Shown here: one piece after another, positions 22,701 through 35,117 of the stretch | Layout: every line of letters starts with the position of its first letter | Position numbering within the stretch: the first letter of the stretch is position 1 | NCBI GenBank assembly: GCA_020891255.1 | Contig: BQFW01000007.1 | Span: 1,116,001-1,180,000, forward strand | Reading direction: 5' to 3' | DNA length: 64,000 bases | Source: Entomortierella parvispora E1425 | Lineage: Eukaryota; Fungi; Mortierellomycota | Made by a program: the position numbers and the translations under genes | The notes under the pieces: generated by a model | What the model was told of the DNA's origin: nothing | The model's input: only the letters and a program-made list of their open reading frames with translations | The model's database searches: none

Positions 22701-25700
22701 TCTGCAAACTTCCATGTCTCGTCATCATCTATATTTAAATACCATTGACAGAACGAGAGATGAGAAAAAAGGTCCAGTGTTAAAGAAGGGAACAAGTCAT
22801 TCAAAAGTAATCGACATCTTACCTCGTCTGTGCCCATGATAGAATGTATCATTCATAGGCTTCAACAGCTCCAAGAGCTTAGAGAAATGTTGGGAAGATC
22901 GCTCAGCAGCCTTGGCATCATCCCAACCATTGAAAGCCCTCTCAGAATTCAAGAGCTCAGTGTAAAACTGTCGTGCTGCATGTCGGAGCTCGCTCTCGTT
23001 TTGTTGGATCATAATCTGCATGAGCCATACATTGCTGTTGGCCAGGATTGAAGCCTGGGCGAGACGACCACAATGACCATAGTCGGAGATATTTCGGAAG
23101 AACTCCAGGCACTCAAAGGCTACGCTGTACATGGACGTTGAATCCAGAACCTAATGAAATGTAATTCAGAGTATGAATAAAAGACAGCAATTGACCATTG
23201 GACATAAAAAAACCTCGTCATGGACCATGAGGCCTACCTTGAGCAAGCCCGTAATGATGTAGTCCACTCTCTGTTCCAAGGCATCATCCTCAATCTGGAT
23301 AACGTCTTTAAGTACTTGCAAGATTGTTCCAAACTGGTCATCGTTCGCGTATCCCAAGAATGTCACAAGCGTATCCAGTAGACGGCTGCCAAGACCACTG
23401 TGGGCAGAAAAATGGATCACAATCTTGGAAATAATCGAGCTGTCCATCCGATCTTGCAGCATCTTCACAACCAAGAGCAGTGGTCGGTCATTCATTGGAC
23501 CACTGTTCATGGAGCACAAGAGCGAACTTAGATCCGTTTGAGAAAGACAAATGGTTTGATCCAATTCTGGAGATTCACTGACAATATCTTCCGCTGGAGC
23601 ATCGTCCGAGTTGGAGCTTGGAGACGACGCCCCGGAAGAGGTAGAGGTTGGCGACGTAAGCCTATTTGCATTCGAATTTGGTCCAGGGGCGCGGCCATTC
23701 AACTTCTTTTGAGTACCCTCAATGGACTTCAAGATATCGCTGGCCAAGACCAACTCCTGGACGGTCAACATTAGGTTCCGGAATGCTGGCTTTGTGAACT
23801 TGTCGCCCATCTTCTTTTGCCGTGTTTCTCCTTTCTCGTCGCTGAAATAAAACTCGATAAGGTCGGTCACATACCCATCCTGGATCATGGCCCTACACTG
23901 TGCTCGTCCCATCTGCGTAATGTTGTACATCAGTCTAAAGTATTCATCAAAGTTCCTCCAGTTTGAACGGGCATTGGGCAACAAATCCAAGAGCCTCTGA
24001 ACGACTATTTGGACCACCACGCTCGCGGCATGGTCTGGGGTCTTGACAATATCCATGGGCGAAGTGAGTCGAGGATCTGGCGACATGATCATAGTCGGTG
24101 AGGTGTGGACATAGCCGTAGAGCTCACTCTCCTGACCCAAAAGGCTGGAAAGGGCCTCAGAAATCAAGGAGATGACAGCTTCGCGGACTTGGTTGATTGG
24201 ACACTCCAACAGTATACTGCATAGCTGAGCCTGGTTCTCTGTCACTTGGTTCAAGAACTTGGCGCATCCAGCTGGATAACGAGCAAGTAATGGCACAAGC
24301 AACTTTGTCCATTCAAGCAGCTCCTGATCCACATCCCGTGCATGGATCAAGACCGTAAAGAAAAAGTCCAGGCCGTATTCCATAGAAAGGTAGTCCAGTC
24401 GACTCTCTTCGGCACCGCTTGCATCATCGTTCATCAAAGGTGTTGGAATAGACTTGTGCATGTTGAAGAGCTCCCATACAAAGTTGTAGTACAGGCGATC
24501 AAAAATAGCGAGGTCCTTGAGCAGCGTTATGTTTTCCTTGGCGACAACATCCCTGATATCCTTGGGCACTTCTCCGGATGAAACAATGGACTGCGCCTGT
24601 ACAGGACGCTCGGCGCGTTCATAGAAAAGCATGTAGGCGCTGTATGGTTTCGTCGTAGATCGGGGAGGGCTTTTCATATAGGGCGATTCGCTTTGGACAA
24701 ACTCAGGCCCTCCAAATGCTTTAGCCGGGATCTCGCTCGCATCAAACTCTTCCACTTTGGAATCGTTAAAGTGATACCATGAAGTGCTCTCGCCGTCAAA
24801 ATGAGTTGTCCTGTCATGGCTTCGATCTTTGATGTAGGAGTAGTAGTGACCAGAGTCTGCCGTGCCAGTGTGCACCAAAACACCGACGAGGTTGTATTGG
24901 AACACAGGTGTATCTTTACCAGGCATTGTGGTGGTGGATGGCGAGGTGCTCCCGCCCTCCTGTACTTGTTCCTTTTTGGTGAGGTAGTCCAATGTGTAAG
25001 GCTCCATATTCAAGCGGGTCGGGAATTCAAACCGGTCGTTGATCTTGATGCGCCTCATGGTATCCATGTCGTAGTCGAAGCGCTTAAGATGAAGGATCAA
25101 GTTCTGCGGCAGCTCTTTGATACAGGCACTATAAATGGAAGCGCATGGTACATTTAGTTTAAGGCAAAACATTGCACCAACACCTTCGCATTTCACAATA
25201 CAACCTAGAAAGGCTGGATTACCGTTTGATGGCGTCCACATGCTTGTCACAGGTGGAGCACTTGTACTTGTTGTCTACGAAAAGCAAATGGCGAAGCCAT
25301 GTCAGAGTCAGCAAGTACGCTACCAGAATAGTATTGCTTTCTTGAAAGATAGACCCACTTACCTCCATCCAAGATTTCCCCCTGGACATAAAGCTGCAAG
25401 CTCTCCTCTAAGGACTTCTTGTTCTTGACTTCACATTGGATAGAAAAGAAGCTGTCCTCGCGCTCAGAAATGTGTTCACAATCCTTGGACTTGATCTGCT
25501 GAACTAGTTTGCCTCCATATTGCTTCTTGAAGAGTTCTTCCTGGGGTGTGCCCTTCACAGTGCTCTCCAATCGATCAAAGAGAATGTTGAAGAACTCGTC
25601 CACATCCATCTGCACCGCCACGTTCATGGGGTTGCCGTCCCAGTCCTTGTAGGAATAGCAGAAGCTATGAGCGTTATATGATCGCCTCATACTCGTTTGC

Positions 25701-28700
25701 AAATGTCCAAAGAGAACCTGGAGCTGGTATAGAAGTGTGTCGTGCTTGTCAATAGATCCATCCCCTTCGGCTGGAGCATCCAGAATCCCAAAGCGAAATT
25801 CCTTGTTCATGAAGAACTGCTGAATGATTGAGTTGACGTAACAGGTTGCACCCAGATTTTGAAGACCAACATATCCACAGCGCGCTCTTTTGACGATCTG
25901 AGGGTCATATCCCCATTGACTGTCCATGTCTGGATCTATAAAGTATGGGAACGTGTAATGAGTGTTAGAAAGGATCAAAAAATAATGACTAATCATATTC
26001 TTTCTCTTTTACCTCGGACGAAATTCCTGTGGGTCCTTTCAATGACATGACGAAGGATGAATGGATTTCCCTTTGTAGCCTCTTCCAAGAAAAGCAGTGC
26101 AGAAGAGCGTGAGCCCTCGCTCTGACATTTCGCCCATATCGGTGTCAGGGATGTTTCCTCCGATTGTAAGGGGAACAGGCAAACATCAAAAACATAGTCG
26201 ATGAATGAGGTATCCACCCCTTGCTTCAATCGATTGTCTGTGCCCAATATGGCTGTTGCAACTCTAAACATTCCAATGAGAATTGTGTCTTCAATTGTCG
26301 ATGCCGCCGTCTATAATTGAACTGATTGGTTAATATCAGATAGTCATAGCTGAGGATATCCATGGTCTCATCGTTCATTTACCTCAGACGACAAGTGGCT
26401 AGTAATATTCGTCACGAGCTTCGTGTATAGAGTTCTCACGTAGTCCTCTGAGCACAGAATAGTATCCTCCCTATGCCACATCAAGATAACAGCGGAAAGA
26501 AGTCAGGGTCACGTTTCAAACAATCAACCAGACAAAATGAGCATTCACAGGCAACTCTCCTTACCTTGCAATGCTCTCGAAAAACTCGAAAAGCTCAGAG
26601 CAGTTGCTTTCATACTCTTTGGAAATTGGCAAGAAAGACTGCAAGATATCGAGGAAAAAAAGTGCAGGCGAGACTTGGTCTTGTAGGCTATCCCTAAAGT
26701 GGATATTATGAGTATGTGTACTTGCAGGATACCAACTTGACCAGAACTTAGATCTTTTCTTTTCATTGTACCTCTGCGAGCAGAACTTTCGTCCCATATC
26801 CAAGATCGTCTGACGGATTTGCACAGAGTCACTTTGGACCATAGAGACAAATATCAGCGATCGAACATCCGCTCCAGCCTGGAAGTATTGCCAACCCATG
26901 GGTCCCGTGCAGAAATACGAGATTAGGTTGGTTGCATTCAAGACGATGCTTTGGTCGTCTATATGAAAAAAGGGAGAGGGTGATAGAGAGAGAAAGTGAA
27001 GTAGAGTTAGTTTTCACTTCCAACACCAAATAATCTTGAGGTAATTCAGCTGTTTTTGTCTCTTACAAGATGTATGCTCCCCCCCTCTAGCCGCTGAAGT
27101 AAGAATCTCGGACACGAGTCGGTTCAAGAACACGGGGACAGTGAAGCCTTGGGAACTGGTCGACATCCTTGAGGCAAGATCCGCGGAGTTGGACAAACAG
27201 ACCAAAACCTTCAACATGAGTCCAAGAGCTTTCCGGGATGTGTTGCTTGAACCAGTCGATCCCAGTCCTGTATCTGCCATCAAAAGGCCAATCAAATGCT
27301 CTTGGCCTCCCAGTTCTAAGAACCGCTGGATCCATGTTTGGTGCTCAGAGTCCTAGGGACAGGTATGGAAAGTACGATAAGCAAGATGCTCCGTATCTGT
27401 TGTCGCACATTAGGCTGGAAGCTCACTTACCCAGGTCGACTGGTCTCGTTTGATCAAGAAGTGCAGGATTTGCAAAGAATAAAGAAGCAGGAATGGTGAT
27501 CTGGCATCCAAAAGCGAGTCCCAGTTCACTCCGTCCTGAAGCTCCTCAAATGACTGAAGCAGGACCGGGCTCGTGGGCAAACGAGTGACAACCTCCCATG
27601 CTTGAGAAGCGTATTTGCTATCCAACAAGAAGATCTTTCGAACACGTTCAAAGAATTCTGGCTCCAGTAACAAGTCCGTAGGGAGTCGTCTCTGCAAGAA
27701 TCCAGTCAAGCATGAGGACGGTTAATATGCCTTCTCTTTGAAGATGTATTCGCTGTAGGCTGAATCAGAAACAAGATGTAGTGGTACTTTACCGGAGCGA
27801 CAGTATCCCTTATGTAGTTTGAATTGGGCTGCTTTCTGGTGACCAGGAACGTCTGGCCATTTTCAACGCGGAGCTCCTCCAACGACCGTTGATCCCACGA
27901 TGGAAAGTAATCTTTACCTAGAGAAATTAGCCGCACTGCTTCCGCATCCGTACATCCCATGCGATCAGCAATCGTCCGCCTCAGTGAGGCCAGAGTAGAT
28001 GATGGATGAGCAGCAAATTGGAAAGTGACCTATTCATTAGCAACAATGTCAGTACACCTGGATCCAAGTACGTATCTCGAGAACCATCTACATATGAATC
28101 CGTCCGCTTACATGTCCGCTAACTTTGATGGTGAGCATCGACTCCTCATCCAGGGCCCCGTGGATTTCCGGTTGCAAAGTGCCACCAATGTTTCCACTAC
28201 TGCAGGAAGACAGGAAGGCCTTCAAGATACCGATGCATCGTTCAAAGACCAAGGACATCGCTCCGTCTCCTTGATGGCCATTGGTTCCAAGGACATCAGA
28301 AGATTGAACAAGGTAATCAACGCAAGTTTGGACAAGTCCAGAACGGAACTGATACACTTCATCTTGCGCCTCTTCTTCGTCATTGTTCTAAAGAGAGTTG
28401 GGAGAGAAGTAACGAGTTTGCACAAGGCCCTTGAACCACTATATCACAGTCAAATTATGGACATAGGTGCAAGAGCATGCTCTACCTACCTTGATCAAAC
28501 TTGATAAGAATTCGGTCGCGTGCATTCCTACAATGGGGGATTTTGCATGCAAGGCAATCTTCCAAATGAGATCCATTCCACAGAGCGGTGCCACAATAAC
28601 AAATGGATGCGGTCCCTCGTCATCGGTAATCTATAAATCGACCATTCCATTAGAAAAATACCCGAAACTTTGACGCGTGATGACATAACAACTGTAAAGG

Positions 28701-31700
28701 TCATGCACTTACGGTTGACAGCAATCGCCTGTTCCAATTAATGACTACGAAATACTGTCGAGCACATTGCCATGCCTTTGGTGTAAGCGACGGAATATCC
28801 AAGTCGGGGAGCAATTTCTCGTAGATGTACTCTGCAAAATGTTGCTCTGTAATTGCTTCCAAGCACAAGAATGCCTCATCCTGCTCTTTGGGTCCAATGG
28901 GGTCCACAATAAGGCATTTCCAAAGAGTATCAGCCAATCCAGGAGCGTTCCAATGGTTCGGAAAGGTGACGCACATGCATTTCAGGAAATCGAGTCGAAC
29001 TTTGAGCTGCATACTCCTCTGGTGCTCATGGGCGATCGAATGAGAAGAATGCAGAGCGAAAGCTAAAGAACAACATAGATGTTGATGTAAGAAGTCTGCA
29101 CGCGTACATCCAATCGTTCAATACTCAAGTGAAAGAATTACCAGCGTTGGTCGGGCTAGGCGATGGTGGAGTTCTCTTCACCGATGCCACGTACGCACTC
29201 AAGTTTGCGATAAAAAGCTCGGGAAGAGTAGCACATGTCCTCTCGTACAGCTGCAAGGTCGCTTTGTCGTTGACCGATGGAACTGTGAATACAGTGGCAC
29301 TTCCTGTTAGAGTGAATCAGTTGGTGTGATGAAAATAAAAGGGAACATTCAGAAGACTTACTAAAAATTCCCTGGACAACCTGCAGACTCCAGATGGCGC
29401 CGGGATGGTTGTCACGCAAGTCCTGCAAACACTGCTCAATCAAAGTCGCACGATCTTGTTGCAAAGGTCCCACCTGCAATCCATCCGAGAGCAGGTGGGC
29501 AATACCCATACTGACCTCCCGGTTGAGCGTTGGGGCGGGTCCAAATGAAGTGTCGTCCTTTGCATCAACAGCAAGAGTGGATTTTCTCAAGACATTCAAC
29601 AAAGTCTCGTAGGGTATCAAGGAAACTGTTCCTTCGTGCTATTGTGAGTTGGGCAAAAGAATACTGGGTAAGACGAGCTGCCTGATGTGTCATTTTTGTA
29701 TATCTTGAAGCATTGTTTTTTTTTTTTTTTTAGGCTTACCGGGTTATACTTCGAGCGCTGGACCATAGCTTGGAACAACGATCGAGCCAGATCCACTAGC
29801 TGCAGGTCCCAGCTTTCGAGCGGGACGGCTTGGAGCTTCTTGAAAAGATGCTGCAAGATCTCCTGAGGCAGTTTGCTACAAACGTCGCTCAAAACCTGAT
29901 AGACCCCATACACAATCGATCGATGTTGGTTGCCCTAAATAAAGTCGATGTATTCGAGCGAGTTAACCTACTGAAAGTACATACCAACAGGCCTAAATAT
30001 CATGGCACAAGGTCCAAACTTACTCCGACGGCTGCCCAAACCAAGTCGATGTCCTCGATTCTCAGAACCTTGGCTTGATTCAAAAACACAAGAACATCCG
30101 TGCTTCTCTGCACAATTTCCAGGTGGATGTTTGGTCCAAAGATGTATCCAACTATTTGCAGGCTCTGAAGTTTGTTGCAGAGATGTCTATTGTGCAACAA
30201 CAAGACCACGGCATCAGTTCCTGCTTTGCACCATACGTGGCTTACATGATCGCCATTCTCACTTACTCTATGGGCTTTCTGTCCTGCTCCATTTGAACTT
30301 CCATGTCAATATCCGATCTGCGACGCTGTCGAGATCGACCTTGCTGTAGATTCTGGATGCGCACAAGAACCTCTTTCAGCTCGATCAGCCCAGCAAGCCT
30401 CAAGTCCAAACGTGTAGTCTTCATCAACTTAACAGCCATCTCCAGTCGAAAGTCTGCAAATTTGACCTCGCCGAGATTGTACCGCGAGACGGGGTCGTGC
30501 GTATCAAACTCTTCAAATTGCATTCCTGGCTCGTGAATGACGCCGCTGTGCATGGCTTGCATGGGATAGTTCTCCAAAAGAAAGGAGCCGACCTGTCCGA
30601 TGATGTCCAAAACTGTTGCCTTACTCACAGATTTGAAACTATCCGCTTGATCTGGAAAGTAGGCAAGGACAGCTGCGATGAGTCTCTTTGAGAAGTCTGC
30701 GATCTTTGAAGTGTCTCCAATGATTCGAATCTACGAGAGTACAGTAGACAATAAACCTAAGTGAACTGTGCTTCGCGACCATGACATAAATAAACAGTAG
30801 CCACGCCTTCAAGAGAGTTTACCCGAGAGATTGGAGCCAACAGGAGTGACAGGTTCTGTGCCTTCATGTCCAGACGATCTGGGGTCTCCAGAGAAGCTTC
30901 GATGGCCTTCATATAAATCTCCATTCCTCCAAGCGATATGAACAGCTTCTGAAAATCCTGGTGAGAGTGTGAGATTTCCTCCGCCTGGTAGGAGAGAGCT
31001 GTCAGTATACTGGGCGATTCAACATGGCCACCATTACATCATTTGCGCAATGTTTGACCCTACCTCGAATCCATACTCTGGGGAATAGTCGTCAAACCGA
31101 GCCATCTGTGTCAGAAAATATAGAAATCAGAATCATCGAGCATCTTTTGATCAAACAAATCACATCTTTAGCAAAAGCCAAGACTGATGAAATTATACCC
31201 GTTCAGCATGAAGCAACCTCGACGGTCGCTTTGGATTTCGCTTGTATATCTCCAAATCTCCATACTCAAACATAGTCGCCAGTGCCTGGGAATACTGCTC
31301 GGGAAGGGTGCCTTCCATTTGTACAATGAGGCAGGAAAGACGAACAAATGCCTGAAGATATTCTACGATGGACGTAGTATGCGGATTTAACCTAAGACGA
31401 AAAGAACGGATCAATATATTTAATCAAACTCCGTAGCACTCGTTTTGTAAGAACAACTTTGAGTTCCTGATAGATTACCTTCGATCGGTCAGGATTTTTG
31501 TCCAGTTTCCAAGGTACGAATACTCCAAGCTCTGTTGTTTTTCTGCAGCAAATGGGACATCGGGGGGGGCGTCACCCCGCGTCCTCCATTTGACAGAAAG
31601 TTCAATGAGGTCTTTAATGTCCGAGTAAGCCGAAGAATCCTCTGAAGACCGATTAAGTAGAGTAGGAATGTGGACATCGTTAGTATCAGAGAAGGGTTGA

Positions 31701-32551
31701 GTGAACTTGTTCCTTTCGTTATTACCTTGAAGAAGTCTCGCTGTCAACTCGTCGCATGATTGTGTGAATGCATTTTGGGTAGAAAATCCGACATTGGCTT
31801 GTCCTGGATGATAGGCAGATGACTCGGCTCCAGTGTCCAGACGTATTCCGGTACCCGCGCCAGAGGCTGTTCTCATTCTCGGGGTTCGATTACGCAAGGG
31901 TCCTGGTCGACGTTTCCGCAGTTGTTCCACCTGCTGTCGAGATTTGAGATAGGGTCCGTGCTGAAGAGCCCTGTGGTATTCGGTTGTGCCCTGGGCGTTC
32001 AGGTCCTGCATCTCTTCCATGCCAGTATAATCAGAGAGGTCGTCATCTTCGTCTTCATAGACCCCAGCGTCGTCGTCGTCGTCTCCGAGCTCCTCGTCCA
32101 TTTCGTCCTCGTCCTCGTCCTCGTATTCGTCTGAGGACTGTCGAACAATGTCGCTTCCAGGACCCGAAGATTCTCCCCACCTCTCGACTGCGGCAGGAGA
32201 GCTCTCTCCCCATGTCTCTCCCACAGCAGGCTGAAGCAGCTCAGTATCCGAGTCGCTGTCGTACTCGGACGTGGCAGCCCCAACATACTCTACGTCCGAT
32301 TGTTTTGTCCCGAGAGATGCGTGCTCGATGGCCAGGACGGGGTCGCCTTCCTGGTAGGGTTGGTATGCTGGAGGGTCTTGCGACTGCAATGTAGGGAGTT
32401 TAGGACCGCTCTCGAGCGTGTTTGGTGGCTGCGCTCCAGTGATCTTTCGAGTCGGCTCTTGAAGCGAAGGGCCAAGAGTGTTGCCCTGATCCTTTTCTGC
32501 AGGTCCTTGGTCCATAGGTTTGGCTATGCCCTTTTCTGCCGCAGAAGTCAT
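19732..32551 (-). CDS. USP34: Giant ubiquitin-specific protease, USP34-like (USP9/24/34 clade), about 30 introns, roughly 3,300 aa by estimate
   Basis: Cys box GYVGLQNLGATCY, QMDVDEFF, LHLKRFDYD, His box LVHTGTADSGHYYSYIKDR, WYHFNDSKV and AYMLFYER. NLGATCY and HTGTAD are USP34-type as I recall them. I traced a continuous reading frame through GT-AG introns from 32551 to 19732. Confidence 0.88.
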
Positions 32552-33423
32552 GTCTTGTTTTTTGGTGTATAGTCGCTATTGAAAAAAAAGAAGGGTGGCC
32601 GGGTCCGGGCTGCTCGGTCCAAGGCTGCTGGAGTCTAGATATTTTGAAGCACTGTGAGAAAAAGAATGGTATTAGTCTCGGAAGAAGTTGGTCGCGGTGG
32701 CGCGGTAGAGGGGACAATGGAGACTGACAGCGGACAATGCAGAAAGAGGGGAGGGGCAATGACAAGAAATGTCTGCCGTGCTGCTCAATGCACGCGTCGT
32801 GGGAGAGTGGGGGAGAGAGGATTCACCACGAGTTGAGAGCAAGGAGAAAAGAAAATGGAAAAAATATGAAAACGAAGAATCAACGAATTAACGCGTCAAG
32901 GTGAGTGTGGCAATGGCGGGTGGCGGCACGCTCACACGTCTCGGCGGTTGTAGACTGGCGCAGGCAGTCGGGCAAGGTCAAAGGGAAGAGGAGAACGGTG
33001 TAACTATTGCGAGGAAAGGGGTAGACATGCATGAAAGGACATGCGCACAGTAATGAAAAGGACCCGTTGATGATCTCGGACGAGAATGCAAAGCTAGGGG
33101 GGACGCAAGGAAGGAAATGAACAGGTAGGAAGGAGGGAAGGAAGGATAGACAACAAGAGGGAGAGACATCTCCCAGCGCAACGGTCCCTTTGCATGGGTC
33201 GACGCGCTGGTCGACTCTTCTCTGACGCATGTCATGTCGCGGGGAAGGACCCTCGAGGAGAAGACACACAGCCAACGTGGCCCGCGGGGCCAAACCTTAC
33301 GCTCAAGAAGGTCCGATGGCTTTTAGACTGGAATGAGGGTGGGATGAAGGAGGGGCAAGCAATCAAGTCGGGTGCCAATGAGGAGGAGAGGGGAAGAATG
33401 GAGATGGGGATGGGGATGGGTGA

Positions 33424-33478
33424 GGATGGATGGATGGATGGATGGATGGATGGATGGATGGATGGATGGATGGATGGA
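33424..33478. repeat. (GGAT)13 tetranucleotide microsatellite
   Basis: Perfect tandem GGAT units read directly from the sequence. Confidence 0.95.
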
Positions 33479-34012
33479 AAGAAGTGCGAGTGATTGAGTG
33501 AGGTGAGAGGTGAGAGGGGGAGAGAGTGAGAGAGTGAGAGAGTCGTGGGTTGCAGTGAGTGTGCAGTGCAATGCAGTGCAGGTGGTCTCTTCGCTTCTTT
33601 CGCTTCTTTCGCTCCCTCCTTGCACTGCTTCTTTCTCTTTCTCTGCTTTGCCTCTTTTTTTTTTTTCATTTCTTGTGGTCTATTGTCTGCATGTAGATCG
33701 TTCCTGGACTTTCTCTCCCGTGTCTTTTCTTCCTTCTTCTTCTCTCCTCCTTCTCCCCTCTTGCTCATCTCCTCCCTTCCCTCTTCCCTCTTCCCTCTTC
33801 CCTCTTCTTTGTCTTTTCTCTTCCTTCTGCCCTCTTGTTCCCTCTTGTATCTCTCTTTCTTCTCCTTCTCTCTTCCTTCCATCCCTCTTTCTTGCACTTG
33901 TACTGTATCTCTTCTCTCTCCCCCCCTCTTTCGTTGTTGCAATTGACCCGTCTCTTATATCCGCCTATTCCCTGCGCTTCTTGCAACATCCAGTTCATAC
34001 TCTTTCTCTCTT

Positions 34013-34016
<4 letters not shown>

Positions 34017-34060
<44 letters not shown>
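34017..34060. repeat. (TC)22 dinucleotide microsatellite
   Basis: Perfect tandem TC units. Confidence 0.95.
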
Positions 34061-34064
<4 letters not shown>

Positions 34065-35117
34065 CGACTATCCACCTGTAGCACACGAACTGCAGACAGC
34101 AAAACTTTGAAGTAGTTGAGGGTAGACAAGACGTAATCGAACTTTGGCCACAGGATGGCTGACGAATAAAAAGCAGAATAGAAGCTAGGCATGTAAGAGT
34201 GAAAGGATTTGAGCATCAGAGCGGTGGAAGCAAGGCTCGGCGACGCCCTTCGGCAAAAGTAGAGCATTGCCAGAATGCTGATCTCGTTCACCACATCAAT
34301 GGTGCACATCCAATAATTGACTCTAGTGTTACGGGACTTGGGCAGATGGAGATAGCAAGTAAAAAATATCGCCTCTTTCAAAAGGTTGAGCAACAGAGTG
34401 AGAAAGAAGTACGATGAGCCGTCTTGACCAGCAAAGAGAGCGACAGCACCAGCATCAGCAGCAACAACAACAGCATCACCAACAGTGGCAGCGACAACAG
34501 TGGCAGCGGCTCATCACCCACCTGTACCTGTACCTTGCCCTTCTCTTAAGAGCACACGGTTCTTCTTTTTTCAATTTTTTTTTTTTCATGCGCCCTACGG
34601 AAACAGAGGTGTGTGGCTTTATTGTGAACCGGTTCAGCTTTGGATCTGGTCTTCATCGGTCTGCATTGAAGGAGCTATCGTGCTGCTCCATGTTGACAGG
34701 GGAGCCAGTCAATGACGCTTAAGTGGAAAGCGACATCTTACAGTGTACGTATTTTCGGAGTGTAGTATTACAGCTTCACAAGCGTCGTCGATTTGAACCT
34801 GGACAAGGAAAAGAGCTACGCCTGGGTTGTTGATTCGAAGCATCTCGTTTAAACTGACATAACCTTCCTTTTCTTAGTCGGGGTAAGGATGACTATATGT
34901 TTGAATGATTTTTGGGCAACTGACACTCTGTCCACTGAGGCAGATCTTCCCTGAACATATCGAAGTCTCTCTTTCTCCAGCTGCCATTGCTTTTTTGCCA
35001 AAACAGGACTTGCAACAGAAAAAATGTCAGGCCAATGTAACTTTCACCATCGCAATGTTGGTCACCATTATGGCTTATTATTATTATTACTACAACATAG
35101 AAACTATTAAAGGGTTA

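Noticed and set aside
26350-26360. ATATCCTC on the minus strand resembling a U12 AT-AC donor
   Set aside because: It is internal to a normal GT-AG intron whose boundaries already restore the frame.
33232-34115. 236-aa, 201-aa and 133-aa ORFs
   Set aside because: Translations of purine/pyrimidine tracts and microsatellites.
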